Source of the DNA: Planctomycetota bacterium
Lineage (GTDB): Bacteria > Planctomycetota > SZUA-567
Direction: 5' to 3'
Length of the DNA: 52,795 bases
NCBI GenBank assembly: GCA_031270685.1
Contig: JAISXA010000095.1
Coordinates: 1 to 52,795, forward strand
Shown here in pieces: positions 1 through 8,792 of this stretch. Numbering within the stretch: position 1 is the stretch's first letter; each line of letters begins with the position of its first letter. The notes below the pieces were generated by a model. The model was given only the letters and a program-made list of their open reading frames with translations, was not told where the DNA came from and made no database searches. The translations under genes were made by a program, and so were the position numbers.

Positions 1-29
1 ATGGCGGGAGCATGTTTTTTGCTTTAAAT

Positions 30-163
30 CTGAAGTTTTGCAAAATGGCGATTAAACCACCAATCGCCATTTTGCAAAAATCTAAAACGCTTGTGCCGCA
101 AGGATCGTGATTTTTACAAATTGGGCATTCGGCGGTTTGAATGCCCAATTTACGAAAGTTCAG
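30..163 (+). mobile_element. hpMITE-A copy (full, 134 bp)
   Basis: TIRs CTGAAGTTTTGCAAA / TTTACGAAAGTTCAG with three internal hairpins. Flanked by a TAAAT duplication (25-29 and 164-168). Lies 53 nt upstream of cysK. Confidence 0.85.
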
Positions 164-216
164 TAAATATCACTATTTCGGTAGTTTATATGGAATTAAT
201 GGACAAAGGAGAAATC

Positions 217-1173
217 ATGGCGCGCGTTTACGAAGATAATTCGAAGTCAATCGGCAATACCCCCTTGATCCGGTTGAACCGGGTGGCGGGAAAGAAAGCG
301 ACAGTGCTGGCCAAAATCGAGGGCCGCAACCCGTCCTATTCGGTCAAGTGTCGCATTGGAGCGGCTCTGATCTGGGATGGCGAGTCCAAGGGACTGATCA
401 AGCCCGGCATCGAAATCATCGAACCGACCAGCGGCAATACCGGCATCGCCCTGGCGTTCGTCGCCGCCGCGAGGGGATACAAACTGACCCTCACCATGCC
501 CGAGACCATGAGCCTGGAACGGCGCCGGGTGCTGGCGATGCTGGGGGCGACCCTGATCCTGACGCCGGGAGCGGAAGGCATGACGGGGGCGGTGCGCAAG
601 GCCGAGGAGATCGCGGCGTCGGATCCGAAGAAGTATTTTCTGCCGCAGCAGTTCAAGAACCCCGCCAATCCCGCCATTCACGAAAAGACCACCGGTCCCG
701 AAATCTGGGACGATACCGATGGGGCGGTCGACGCGGTGATCTCGGGAGTGGGAACCGGCGGCACCATCACCGGCGTCTCGCGCCACATAAAGAATACGCG
801 GAAAAAGCCCATCACGGCGATCGCGGTCGAGCCTGCCGGCAGTCCCATATTGACGCAAAAGCTGGCCGGCCGCGAATTGAAGCCGGGGCCCCATAAAATC
901 CAGGGGATCGGCGCCGGGTTTGTGCCGGATACTCTCGACTTGTCGTTAGTGGATCGGGTGGAACAAGTCGACAACGAGGAAGCCATCGAATTTTCGCGAA
1001 GGCTGGCGAAGGAGGAAGGCATTCTTAGCGGCATTTCTTCCGGCGCGGCGGCGGCGGTGGCGGCGAAGCTGGCGGCCTTGAGCGAATTCGGCGGCAAGAC
1101 CATTGTCGTCATTCTCCCGGATGCGGGCGAACGCTATCTGTCGTCCGCGCTCTTCGACGGCATCGGCGTCTAA
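217..1173 (+). CDS. cysK: cysteine synthase A (O-acetylserine sulfhydrylase)
   Basis: Near full-length resemblance to E. coli CysK ([54 protein letters not shown]). AGGAG-like RBS lies before ATG 217. The longer ORF from 91 starts inside a repeat element. Confidence 0.95.
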   Translation: MARVYEDNSKSIGNTPLIRLNRVAGKKATVLAKIEGRNPSYSVKCRIGAALIWDGESKGLIKPGIEIIEPTSGNTGIALAFVAAARGYKLTLTMPETMSLERRRVLAMLGATLILTPGAEGMTGAVRKAEEIAASDPKKYFLPQQFKNPANPAIHEKTTGPEIWDDTDGAVDAVISGVGTGGTITGVSRHIKNTRKKPITAIAVEPAGSPILTQKLAGRELKPGPHKIQGIGAGFVPDTLDLSLVDRVEQVDNEEAIEFSRRLAKEEGILSGISSGAAAAVAAKLAALSEFGGKTIVVILPDAGERYLSSALFDGIGV

Positions 1174-1175
1174 TA

Positions 1176-1212
1176 GTGGATTTCTGGAGAAAATCGGGCC
1201 GACCGCCGGAGA
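1176..1212 (+). repeat. hpMITE-B fragment (TIR plus half of hairpin B)
   Basis: GTGGATTTCTGGAGAAAATCGGGCCGACCGCCGG lies 2 nt after the cysK stop. Confidence 0.6.
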
Positions 1213-1221
1213 CGTTTTCCC

Positions 1222-1653
1222 ATGGATGACCTTATTGGCAAGCCCCCGAGCCGCGTGGCTGTCGCCAGCAGAAGCGGCGCCAGGGTGGACGAGTGCTTTG
1301 GACGCGCGGAAAACTATTACATCTACGAAGCCGGTCCCGACGGGTATCGACTGAAGGAAACCCGCCCCGGGATCGTGCCCTGCCGGTCCCGTCGGCACGA
1401 CGCCGCGGTCATGGACGAGGCGGTGTCGCGGTTGTCCGACTGCGATCTGGTTCTGGCGGGACGCATCGGCCCGGCGGCCATTCGGCAACTGGCTGAAAAA
1501 GGCGTCAGGGGACTGGCCGTTGACATCGGGATCGAGGAGGCGCTGGCTCGACTGGGGAAAAAACGGCGCGGCGGCGCGGATACGGGCGAATGGGGATCGC
1601 GAAACACAGTGGAAACGAATAATTTCGGAGGGAAGCGGGGCGGGAGCGGATGA
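1222..1653 (+). CDS. NifB/NifX-family (dinitrogenase Fe-Mo cofactor biosynthesis domain) small protein
   Basis: The pattern RVAVASRSGARVDECFGRAENYYIYE ... DLVLAGRIGPAAIRQL is typical of the NifX/NifB C-terminal domain family. The stop overlaps the next start (TGAATG). Confidence 0.6.
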   Translation: MDDLIGKPPSRVAVASRSGARVDECFGRAENYYIYEAGPDGYRLKETRPGIVPCRSRRHDAAVMDEAVSRLSDCDLVLAGRIGPAAIRQLAEKGVRGLAVDIGIEEALARLGKKRRGGADTGEWGSRNTVETNNFGGKRGGSG

Positions 1654-2604
1654 ATGACGAAACTTCGTGTTTGGTGGCCGCCGTTGTCCGCGCTTGCGGC
1701 CGTCGCTGTGGACCTATGGCTTTCAAACAGCTCCAGACAACCATCGGTCAGGCATCCGTTTCTACTCTATTGCCTGCTTGCCGCTGCCGCCGCTCTCGGC
1801 CTCCTCGCCGCGTTCGGAAGGCGTTGCCCCCGTCTCGCCGCCTGGCTGGAGAATAAGGCGGTCTTTTACGGGACGGCGCTCCTCGCCTTGAACACATATA
1901 ATCTCGCGACCAAGAAACTGGCGCTTTTGCCCGCCATTTTCTTTCCCGCGCCGGATCGGGTCATCGGAGTCCTGGCATTGGATTGGCGATACCTTCTCTT
2001 CGATTGCCTGTGGTCGTCGGCGAAGCTGCTTTTTTCGGGATTTCTCGCCGGGGCGGCAGCCGGCCTAGTCACCGGCGTGGCGGTCGGGTTCAGCAAACGG
2101 GCCGGCTATTGGGTGAATCCCCTCATCCGCACCATCGGCCCCATCCCCTCGACCGCGTGGATACCCATCGTGCTTGTCGCCTTTCCGACCACCTTCCTGG
2201 GCGGGGCGTTTCTCATCGCCCTGGCGGTGTGGTTTCCCACCACGGTCATGACCTCCAGCGGCATTGCCAACGTGCAGAACGCGTTTTTCGAGGTGTCGAG
2301 CACCCTGGGCGCGGATCGCCGCTATCAAATCTTTCATGTGGGGATACCGGCGGCCATGCCCTTCATTTTCATCGGCTTGTTCACCGGCTCCTGTTCGTCG
2401 TTCATCACCCTGATGACGGCGGAGATGCTGGGCGTGAAAAACGGCATAGGCTGGTACATCAACTGGCAGCGCGAGATGCTTTCCTACGCCAACGTCTATG
2501 CCGGGCTCATCATCGTCGCGGCAAGCTTTTTCGTCCTGATAACGCTGCTTTTCAAACTGCGCGATTACGTCCTGGTATGGCAAAAAGGGGTGATCAAATG
2601 GTGA
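1654..2604 (+). CDS. ABC transporter permease, NitT/TauT (sulfonate/taurine/nitrate) family
   Basis: Multi-TM protein with a BPD-type permease core resembling SsuC/TauC. Translationally coupled on both sides. Confidence 0.85.
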   Translation: MTKLRVWWPPLSALAAVAVDLWLSNSSRQPSVRHPFLLYCLLAAAAALGLLAAFGRRCPRLAAWLENKAVFYGTALLALNTYNLATKKLALLPAIFFPAPDRVIGVLALDWRYLLFDCLWSSAKLLFSGFLAGAAAGLVTGVAVGFSKRAGYWVNPLIRTIGPIPSTAWIPIVLVAFPTTFLGGAFLIALAVWFPTTVMTSSGIANVQNAFFEVSSTLGADRRYQIFHVGIPAAMPFIFIGLFTGSCSSFITLMTAEMLGVKNGIGWYINWQREMLSYANVYAGLIIVAASFFVLITLLFKLRDYVLVWQKGVIKW

Positions 2605-3428
2605 TGCCCGGCAATTTTCCCCGCGCCGGAAACGGGACGGACGGAGACGGCCTCGGGGAAATCCGGGCGGAAAACGTCGTCAAGGCGTTTCGCCATCATG
2701 ACGGGACGGAGGTCGCCGCTTTGTCGGGGGTCGAGCTGCGGGTGCGGGCGGGAGAATTCGTCTCCCTCATCGGGCCTTCCGGCTGCGGCAAATCGACGCT
2801 TCTCAGATTGATCGCCGGCTTGATTCAACCCAATTCCGGACGGTTGTCCATCGACGGCGCCGAAATCGCCGGCCCCGATTGGGAAAAAGGGCTGGTGTTC
2901 CAGAATCCCCTGCTTTTCCCCTGGATGAACATCCGCGACAACGTCGCCTTCGGGTTGCGGGCGAGAAAGGTGTACCGGGAGCGGAAAAACGAGGTGGAGA
3001 CCTTCCTGAAGCTGGTGGGACTGGAAAAATTCGGCCGCTCCTATCCGCATCAACTGTCCGGCGGCATGGCGCAACGCGCCTCGCTCGCGCGGGCGCTGGT
3101 GAATCGCCCCCGGGTTCTTCTCATGGACGAACCGCTGGGAGCCCTGGACGCCTTCACCCGCATGAACATGCAGGATGAAATCCTCCGCATCTGGCGGGAG
3201 CGGAAGACCACCATGGTCATGGTCACGCACGATGTCGACGAGGCGCTCTATCTTTCGGATCGGGTAGTGGTGATGAGTCCCGGGCCGGGGCGGATAGATA
3301 CGGCGATCTACATCCCTTTTTCCCGCCCCCGGGCGAGGAGCGATCCCGATTTCCTGCATTTGCGCGCGACCATTCTGAAGATTCTCAATTTCGGGGGCCA
3401 GTCGCGGGAACCGAATTATCAGATTTGA
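2598..3428 (+). CDS. ABC transporter ATP-binding protein (SsuB/TauB-like)
   Basis: Walker A GPSGCGKST, signature LSGGMAQR, Walker B LLMDEP. The start ATG at 2598 overlaps the permease stop (ATGGTGA). The 1983 start of the track ORF is an out-of-context extension. Confidence 0.9.
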   Translation: MVMPGNFPRAGNGTDGDGLGEIRAENVVKAFRHHDGTEVAALSGVELRVRAGEFVSLIGPSGCGKSTLLRLIAGLIQPNSGRLSIDGAEIAGPDWEKGLVFQNPLLFPWMNIRDNVAFGLRARKVYRERKNEVETFLKLVGLEKFGRSYPHQLSGGMAQRASLARALVNRPRVLLMDEPLGALDAFTRMNMQDEILRIWRERKTTMVMVTHDVDEALYLSDRVVVMSPGPGRIDTAIYIPFSRPRARSDPDFLHLRATILKILNFGGQSREPNYQI

Positions 3429-3488
3429 AGGTTGATAGGCATAAGAAAACGCCATGATGGACATGGCTGACAAAAGGAGGGAAGCGCA

Positions 3489-4466
3489 ATGAAAACGCGA
3501 AAAGTCCGCGCCGGTCTTTTTTTCGGCATGCTGGTTGTCGCCGGTTCGCGCCTCGCGGCCGCGGCGGGTCCGGTTGAACTCAAGGTCGGCTATTCGGGCA
3601 GCCTGTGCGAGGGGCCGCTCCATATAGCCATCGAAAAGGGGTTTTTCCGCGAGGAGGGCCTCGCGGTGGACGCCGTGCGATTGGCCCCTGGCACCACCTT
3701 CGAGGCGATCGCCGCCGGACGCATCGACGCCAGTTTCGGGTTGCTGGCCACATTGATCCAGCCGTTGTCCAACGGACTGCCCATTAAAATCACCACCGGC
3801 CTCCATACCGGCTGCGACAAGCTGCTGACGCCGCCCGACTCCGACATCAAGACCCTTGCCGACTTCAAGGGGAAGCGCATCGGCGTTCCCAGCCTTACCA
3901 GCAGCCCCATCATGTTCGCGAAGCGGGCGCTGGCCACGGCTGGCCTCAAGGTTGGCGGCCAGGGACTGGATGTGGATTTTATCGTTTTCACCAATGCCGA
4001 GCTTCCGTTGGCGCTGGAAAAGGGGGCGGTGGACGCCATCGCCGCCAACGATCCGGTCGCTTCGACCGCGGCCCGGGAATACAACCTGACCATATTGCTC
4101 GATTCGGCCGTCACCCCGCCCTATGACAAGCAATATTGCTGCGCCGCCTATGTGAGCGCCGATCTGGCCGAGTCCAACCCCGCCGCGGCCGTCAGCTATA
4201 CCCGGGCCATGCAGCGGGCCGCCCTCTGGATCCAGGCTAATCCGGACGCGACCACGCGCATCCAGGTGGAGCGCAACTACGTGCCGGGGGATCCCGTCTT
4301 CAACGCTTCCATTCTGAAGACGTTCAACTACATCCCCTCGGTGCAGGGGGCCTATGACGCTTTCGGCATCACCGCCGTGGAGTTGCTGAATATCGGCATT
4401 CTGTCCGCCGACGTGGACGTGGAGGAGCTGCGGACCAGCAGTTTCGCCTTGTTCCCGGAATTGTGA
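3489..4466 (+). CDS. periplasmic substrate-binding protein, NMT1/SsuA-like
   Basis: Signal peptide MKTRKVRAGLFFGMLVVAGSRLAAA, SsuA/TauA-like architecture, and genomic context with the permease and ATPase. Confidence 0.8.
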   Translation: MKTRKVRAGLFFGMLVVAGSRLAAAAGPVELKVGYSGSLCEGPLHIAIEKGFFREEGLAVDAVRLAPGTTFEAIAAGRIDASFGLLATLIQPLSNGLPIKITTGLHTGCDKLLTPPDSDIKTLADFKGKRIGVPSLTSSPIMFAKRALATAGLKVGGQGLDVDFIVFTNAELPLALEKGAVDAIAANDPVASTAAREYNLTILLDSAVTPPYDKQYCCAAYVSADLAESNPAAAVSYTRAMQRAALWIQANPDATTRIQVERNYVPGDPVFNASILKTFNYIPSVQGAYDAFGITAVELLNIGILSADVDVEELRTSSFALFPEL

Positions 4467-4666
4467 AAATCGGCTTTTACAGGAAATTGGGCCAACCGCC
4501 GCCCGATTTTCTCCAAAGATGTTACTGCTTACGGGCCAATGGGTTGATTTTTCGTCAGGTCGGGCGATACCGCCGACCTTGCAATAATTCCCGACGTAAA
4601 ATGGAAACCCAAGAAACTTTGGCGAGAATCAAACGGCGGTTTGTTTGCTTTTCTCCAAAAGTCCAC
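4463..4666 (-). mobile_element. hpMITE-B copy (full length, degenerate left end)
   Basis: Hairpin B (GGAAATTGGGC-CAACCGCC-GCCCGATTTTCTCC), the central module and hairpin A, ending in AAAAGTCCAC. The left end contains the stop codon of the SBP gene. Confidence 0.8.
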
Positions 4667-4693
4667 ATGGAGAAAAATGGATTTCATGATAAA

Positions 4694-4827
4694 CTGAAGT
4701 TTTGCGAAGCGGCGATTAAACCGCCAATCGCCGCTTCGCAAAAAATCAAAACGCATGTGCCGCAAGGATTGTGATTTTTACAAATTGGGCATTCGGCGGT
4801 TTGAATGCCCAATTTGCAAAAGTTCAG
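4694..4827 (+). mobile_element. hpMITE-A copy (full)
   Basis: About 90 % identical to the 30-163 and 22520-22653 copies. Ends 17 nt before the metY ATG. Confidence 0.85.
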
Positions 4828-4844
4828 AGAAAAGGAGATTCGCC

Positions 4845-6134
4845 ATGAGCGCCAAAAATTACAAGTTCGAGACCCTCCAGGTGCACGTGGGGCAGGAAAA
4901 GCCGGATCCCGCCACCGACGCCAGGTCGGTGCCCATCTACCAGACGACGTCCTACGTGTTCAAGGATTCGGCTCAGGGCGCCGGGCGCTTTGCGCTGTCC
5001 GAGCCGGGCAACATCTACACCCGTCTCATGAACCCGACGTCCGATATTTTCGAACGCCGCATCGCGGCGCTGGAAAACGGTCTGGCGGCGCTCGCGACCG
5101 CCTCCGGCGCCGCCGCCACCGCCTACGCCATCCAGAACATCGCCCGCAAGGGCGATCATATCGTGTCGGACCAGGCTATTTACGGCGGCACCTACAATCT
5201 GTTCGCCAACACCCTGCCCGAATCCGGCATCGACGTCACCTTCGTGGACGGCGGGATCGCGGACAACTTCGCCAAAGCGCTCCGCGACAACACCAAGGCG
5301 ATCTTCATCGAAACGCTGGGCAACCCCAACTCCACCATCGTCGACATCGAGGCGGCGGCGGACATCGCCCACAAGCACGGCATTCCGCTCATCGCCGACA
5401 ACACCTTCGCCACCCCGTACCTGCTCCGGCCCATCGAATACGGAGCCGACGTGGTGGTGCATTCCGCCACCAAGTTCATCGGCGGACACGGCACCTCCAT
5501 CGGCGGCGTCATCATCGACGGCGGGCGCTTCGACTGGAAGCAAAACGACAAATTCCCCGGCCTGACCAAACCCAATCCCAGCTACCACGGGGCGGTCTTC
5601 ACCGAGGCGGCGGGCGAAGCCGCGTACATCGTGAAAATCCGCACCACTTTGATGCGCGATACCGGCGCGGTTATCAGCCCCTTCAACTCATTCCTGTTCC
5701 TCCAGGGACTGGAAACGCTGTCGTTGCGCGTCGAAAGGCATGTGGAAAACGCGCTCAAGGTGATCGAATTCCTCCGGAGCCACCCGCAAGTGGTACGGGT
5801 AAACCATCCGTCGCTGCCCGACCATCGGGACAACGCCCTGTACAAAAAGTATTTTCCGCGCGGCGCCGGTTCCATTTTCACTTTCGAAATCAAGGGCGAC
5901 GCGGACAAGGCGAAACGCTTCATCGACAACTTGGAGTTGTTTTCCCTGCTTGCCAATGTCGCGGACGTCAAATCCCTGGTCATCCATCCTGCGTCGACCA
6001 CCCATTCCCAGATGTCGGAAAGCGAACTGCTCGCTTCGGGAATCAGGCCGAACACGGTTCGCCTTTCGATCGGAACGGAACATATCGACGACATTGTATC
6101 GGACCTGGAAACCGCCTTCGCGGCCGTTGAATGA
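4845..6134 (+). CDS. metY: O-acetylhomoserine / O-acetylserine sulfhydrylase (PLP, Cys/Met metabolism family)
   Basis: [17 protein letters not shown]...[10 protein letters not shown] and the PLP-lysine region [14 protein letters not shown] aaaggag lies before ATG 4845. The track ORF start at 4755 lies inside a repeat. Confidence 0.9.
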   Translation: MSAKNYKFETLQVHVGQEKPDPATDARSVPIYQTTSYVFKDSAQGAGRFALSEPGNIYTRLMNPTSDIFERRIAALENGLAALATASGAAATAYAIQNIARKGDHIVSDQAIYGGTYNLFANTLPESGIDVTFVDGGIADNFAKALRDNTKAIFIETLGNPNSTIVDIEAAADIAHKHGIPLIADNTFATPYLLRPIEYGADVVVHSATKFIGGHGTSIGGVIIDGGRFDWKQNDKFPGLTKPNPSYHGAVFTEAAGEAAYIVKIRTTLMRDTGAVISPFNSFLFLQGLETLSLRVERHVENALKVIEFLRSHPQVVRVNHPSLPDHRDNALYKKYFPRGAGSIFTFEIKGDADKAKRFIDNLELFSLLANVADVKSLVIHPASTTHSQMSESELLASGIRPNTVRLSIGTEHIDDIVSDLETAFAAVE

Positions 6135-6152
6135 AAAAGGAGGAGACAGCGC

Positions 6153-7130
6153 ATGACAGCGACCAAAAAATCGCAATACCCGCTGGAGGCGTCGGAACGC
6201 GCCTTTGTGGAAATACTCCGCACCACGCCGGTTGAAACCATCTGTCCGAATTTTTTCGCCCTGGATCACGCCCGCGGCTGCGCCTTTACCCCGCTGTGCG
6301 CCTATTGTTACCTCAAGGATCCGTATTACCAGGGCGGCAAGACCTCGGCGGCCACCAACGTGGACGAGCTGGAGCGGGAACTGCGCGCCTGGCTGCAACG
6401 GGAAGATCTCGAAACCTATGTCGCCAACGCGGGCAATCTCTCCGACAGTCTCGCCTTCGAGGAGCAACGACCCCTTATCGGGCGATTGGTTGAGCTCTTC
6501 CGGAACGAGGCGGAGCGTCTGGGCAAGCCCCACACGCTGCTGCTCGTCACCAAGGGCGGGGTGGAGGAAGCCGCCCCGCTGCTGGAGCGGGAACCGTGCG
6601 CGAACGTCATCGTATCCTTTTCCGTCAATTCGGAAGAGGCGCGGCACGAACTGGAACAGGGGGCGGCGACCACCGCCGACCGGCTGGAAGCCGCGCGCCT
6701 GCTTCAGGAAAAAGGCTGGCGCATGCGGATTCGGCTGGACCCGATGATCGCGGGCTACGACTACGCCGCCGTGGCCGACGCGATCGCCCGGTTGGCGCCG
6801 GAACGGGTCACGCTCGGCACCTTGCGCGCGGACCCCGGTCTGATGCCGGTGTTGCCGCTGCATCTCAAGGAACCGCTCGTGCCCGCTCCGGAACATAAAG
6901 GGAAATACGCCCTTGCCCGCTATCCCTTCGACCTCCGCCTCGGCATCTATCGCCAGGCGGCGGACCGACTTCGCGATGTCTGCTCCCTGGGATTGTGCGA
7001 GGAAACGCCGGACATGTGGAAAGCGCTGGGATTCGACTGGCAAAACACCAGTTGCAATTGCGAAGGCCACCCGGGCCACCACGAGGGATTCGTCCCCAAA
7101 CGCCCCGATGAATCCGGGAACCGCCGGTAA
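6153..7130 (+). CDS. radical-SAM-like protein (SplB / DNA-photolyase-like family), non-canonical Cys cluster
   Basis: GCAFTPLCAYCYL resembles the GCxxxCxYCY cluster of COG1533-type proteins but is spaced Cx5Cx2C. RBS aaaggagg lies upstream, 18 nt after the metY stop. Confidence 0.5.
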   Translation: MTATKKSQYPLEASERAFVEILRTTPVETICPNFFALDHARGCAFTPLCAYCYLKDPYYQGGKTSAATNVDELERELRAWLQREDLETYVANAGNLSDSLAFEEQRPLIGRLVELFRNEAERLGKPHTLLLVTKGGVEEAAPLLEREPCANVIVSFSVNSEEARHELEQGAATTADRLEAARLLQEKGWRMRIRLDPMIAGYDYAAVADAIARLAPERVTLGTLRADPGLMPVLPLHLKEPLVPAPEHKGKYALARYPFDLRLGIYRQAADRLRDVCSLGLCEETPDMWKALGFDWQNTSCNCEGHPGHHEGFVPKRPDESGNRR

Positions 7131-7151
7131 CGGCGTGGGAAGGAAAATTTC

Positions 7152-7499
7152 ATGCGCCGCGATCCCGACTGCCTGTTCTGCCGCATCGTCAAGGGCGAGA
7201 TCCCCTCGGCGAAAGTCTATGAGGACGATGCCGTCCTGGCGTTCCGCGACATCAATCCCGCCGCGCCGACCCATGTGCTGGTCGTGCCCAAGGATCATGT
7301 GGCGACGCTTGCCGAATGCGGGGACGGCGACCGCGCTCTTCTCGCCGACGTCATGCTCGCCGCGGGCAAGGTCGCCGGGCTGGAGAAACTGGACGCCTTC
7401 AGGCTCATCGTCAACAACGGTTCCGGGGCGGGGCAGACCGTTTTCCATCTCCACGCCCACGTGCTCGGCGGAAAGCCGATGGGGGAGAGATTGCTGTAA
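7152..7499 (+). CDS. HIT-family (histidine triad) nucleotide hydrolase
   Basis: CLFCRIVKGEIP N-terminus and histidine triad HLHAHVLGG. Confidence 0.9.
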   Translation: MRRDPDCLFCRIVKGEIPSAKVYEDDAVLAFRDINPAAPTHVLVVPKDHVATLAECGDGDRALLADVMLAAGKVAGLEKLDAFRLIVNNGSGAGQTVFHLHAHVLGGKPMGERLL

Positions 7500-7513
7500 C
7501 CGCAATCGTTCAA

Positions 7514-7569
7514 GTGGACTTTTGGAGAGAATCAAACAAACCGCCGTTTGATTTCCCCCAAAAGTCCAC
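7514..7569. mobile_element. hpMITE-B solo hairpin-A unit (56 bp)
   Basis: GTGGACTTTTGGAGAGAATCAAAC-AAACCGCC-GTTTGATTTCCCCCAAAAGTCCAC, flanked by a TTCAA duplication (7509-7513 and 7570-7574). Confidence 0.85.
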
Positions 7570-7654
7570 TTCAAGCCATTCCCGGATTTCCGCAAGTTTT
7601 TCCCCGTTTTTGTCGAAAGAAACCGGAATAAGGAGGAAAGTGTAAACAGCAAGG

Positions 7655-7696
7655 CCGCGCGCGGCCGACGGCAGGTCGTTTCGGCCCTGCGCGCGG
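7655..7696 (+). promoter_or_regulatory. GC-rich leader stem-loop upstream of the 68-aa ORF
   Basis: CCGCGCGCGGCCGA-CGGCAGGTCGT-TCGGCC-CT-GCGCGCGG. About 14 bp pair, 34 nt before the ATG at 7730. Confidence 0.35.
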
Positions 7697-7729
7697 AACG
7701 GGGCGCGGAATATTCGGGGAGGAGGAAGG

Positions 7730-7936
7730 ATGTACGAGAAGACGGTCGTCTTGCGCAAAAATGGCCATTGGTATGTGCTCAATTCCCAAACCGGGGACGA
7801 GCGCGAAATCATCCTCGCGCTCATGGAATACGCGGAACGGAAAACATACGATATCGAGATGGAAGAAGTTTACGACCTCATGAAACAACTGGGGTGGAAG
7901 CTGGAAGTCTATATCCCCGGTCTCGGCGCCGCGTAA
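7730..7936 (+). CDS. hypothetical small protein (68 aa)
   Basis: Strong RBS ggaggaggaagg lies directly before the ATG. Amino-acid composition is balanced, unlike the spurious GC-frame ORFs. No family recognised. Confidence 0.45.
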   Translation: MYEKTVVLRKNGHWYVLNSQTGDEREIILALMEYAERKTYDIEMEEVYDLMKQLGWKLEVYIPGLGAA

Positions 7937-8077
7937 TGCGCGACTCCCGGTAGCGGCGGCGGCCATTCCCGGATCGGCGAACGCGTCGAAACCCTCCGGA
8001 CTCCGGAAAAAGGAAAACGGATCAGCGCACCGCCGGCGTTTTTGGGTCGGCCGCGCGCATCCGACGGATTGTGGAAA

Positions 8078-8701
8078 ATGGACAACTTCTTCGACAGGGA
8101 CCCGGAGATCGCGACGGCGGGGCGCCGTCCCCGGAGCCGGGCGCCGCGGTTCGGCCCCTTTGTCACCATCGCGGCGGCGCTTCTGCTCCTGTTCGGAGCG
8201 GCCAGCCGGGTCGGCAAAGCGCCCGAGATACCGGCGCTCATGGGAATAGACCAGTTGGCCGAGAAGCGGGTGCGCCCCGACCCGTCGCTGATCGACGCGA
8301 TGGTGATGATCGGCGGCGTTCCGGTGGAAAAGGAGGCTGTGGTTCCGCGCCGGAACGCGCTGCCGACCGACTCGCTTCCCGTCCCGCCGCCGCGCGGCGA
8401 TCTCGGGCTTGAGGAAAGGCTTTCCGACAACGCTCTCGGCCTCCGCCCCCCGCCCGGACTTTCCATGAATTTCGACGCCGCCGACGCGATGCCGGAAAAT
8501 CGTGAAAACGCCCCCCCCGCCCCGACGCGACCCGAACCCGTGTCCGCGAAAAGCCATACCTACCGGGTTTCCCAGGGTGACACCTGGGCGAAGATCGCCA
8601 AGCGCACCCTCGGCGACGTCAACCGCTGGCAGGAAATTCGCGCGCTCAACCCCGGGGCGGCCAACGGATTGATGGTCGGCATGGAATTGATCTTGCCCTG
8701 A
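8078..8701 (+). CDS. membrane-anchored LysM-domain protein
   Basis: TM segment FGPFVTIAAALLLLFGAAS and C-terminal LysM (YRVSQGDTWAKIAKRTLGDVNRWQEIRALNP). The start is uncertain, with an alternative TTG at 8042. Confidence 0.75.
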   Translation: MDNFFDRDPEIATAGRRPRSRAPRFGPFVTIAAALLLLFGAASRVGKAPEIPALMGIDQLAEKRVRPDPSLIDAMVMIGGVPVEKEAVVPRRNALPTDSLPVPPPRGDLGLEERLSDNALGLRPPPGLSMNFDAADAMPENRENAPPAPTRPEPVSAKSHTYRVSQGDTWAKIAKRTLGDVNRWQEIRALNPGAANGLMVGMELILP

Positions 8702-8792
8702 CGGACCACGACCTTCTCCCGACGGACTTTCGGACCTTCACGAAGAAGCGACGGGTTGCAACTCCCGGGAAACCGCCGTATACTCGAACAAT

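Noticed and set aside
30-163. hpMITE-A upstream of cysK and metY as a sulfur- or SAM-responsive riboswitch.
   Set aside because: The same element sits upstream of unrelated genes (serC, GT9 heptosyltransferase, dehydrogenase, hldC-nudix). It has TIRs and target duplications and does not resemble the S-box or other SAM riboswitch cores I know.
91-216. In-frame N-terminal extensions of cysK (from 91) and metY (4755-4844), both beginning MCRKD(R/C)[14 protein letters not shown].
   Set aside because: The shared peptide is encoded by hpMITE-A and starts at a TTG. Both genes have a good RBS and a family-typical N-terminus at the internal ATG (217 and 4845). The open frame through the repeat is most simply coincidental. 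The same reasoning applies to repeat-initiated starts at 9906, 30757, 35467 and 35682.
4463-4827. The possibility that the dense intergenic repeats are a CRISPR array or integron attC sites.
   Set aside because: The repeats are not regularly spaced direct repeats with unique spacers. They are dispersed one or two per spacer in both orientations between housekeeping genes. No cas or intI genes are present. The ends are TIRs with target duplications, not the R''/L''-L'/R' attC organisation.
5688-7652. Very long antisense or alternative-frame ORFs. Examples are 5688-7652 (654 aa), 2565-4133, 10044-11360, 11367-13193, 11465-13711, 14702-16150, 17065-18387, 19926-21335, 22597-23997, 23897-26050, 28055-29620, 36776-38662, 39507-40916, 39523-40935, 42272-43411 and 43522-45414.
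   Set aside because: They overlap genes with clear family-level similarity on the other strand or frame. Their translations are Arg/Gly/Pro/Ala-rich low-complexity strings, as expected from stop-poor frames in GC-rich DNA.
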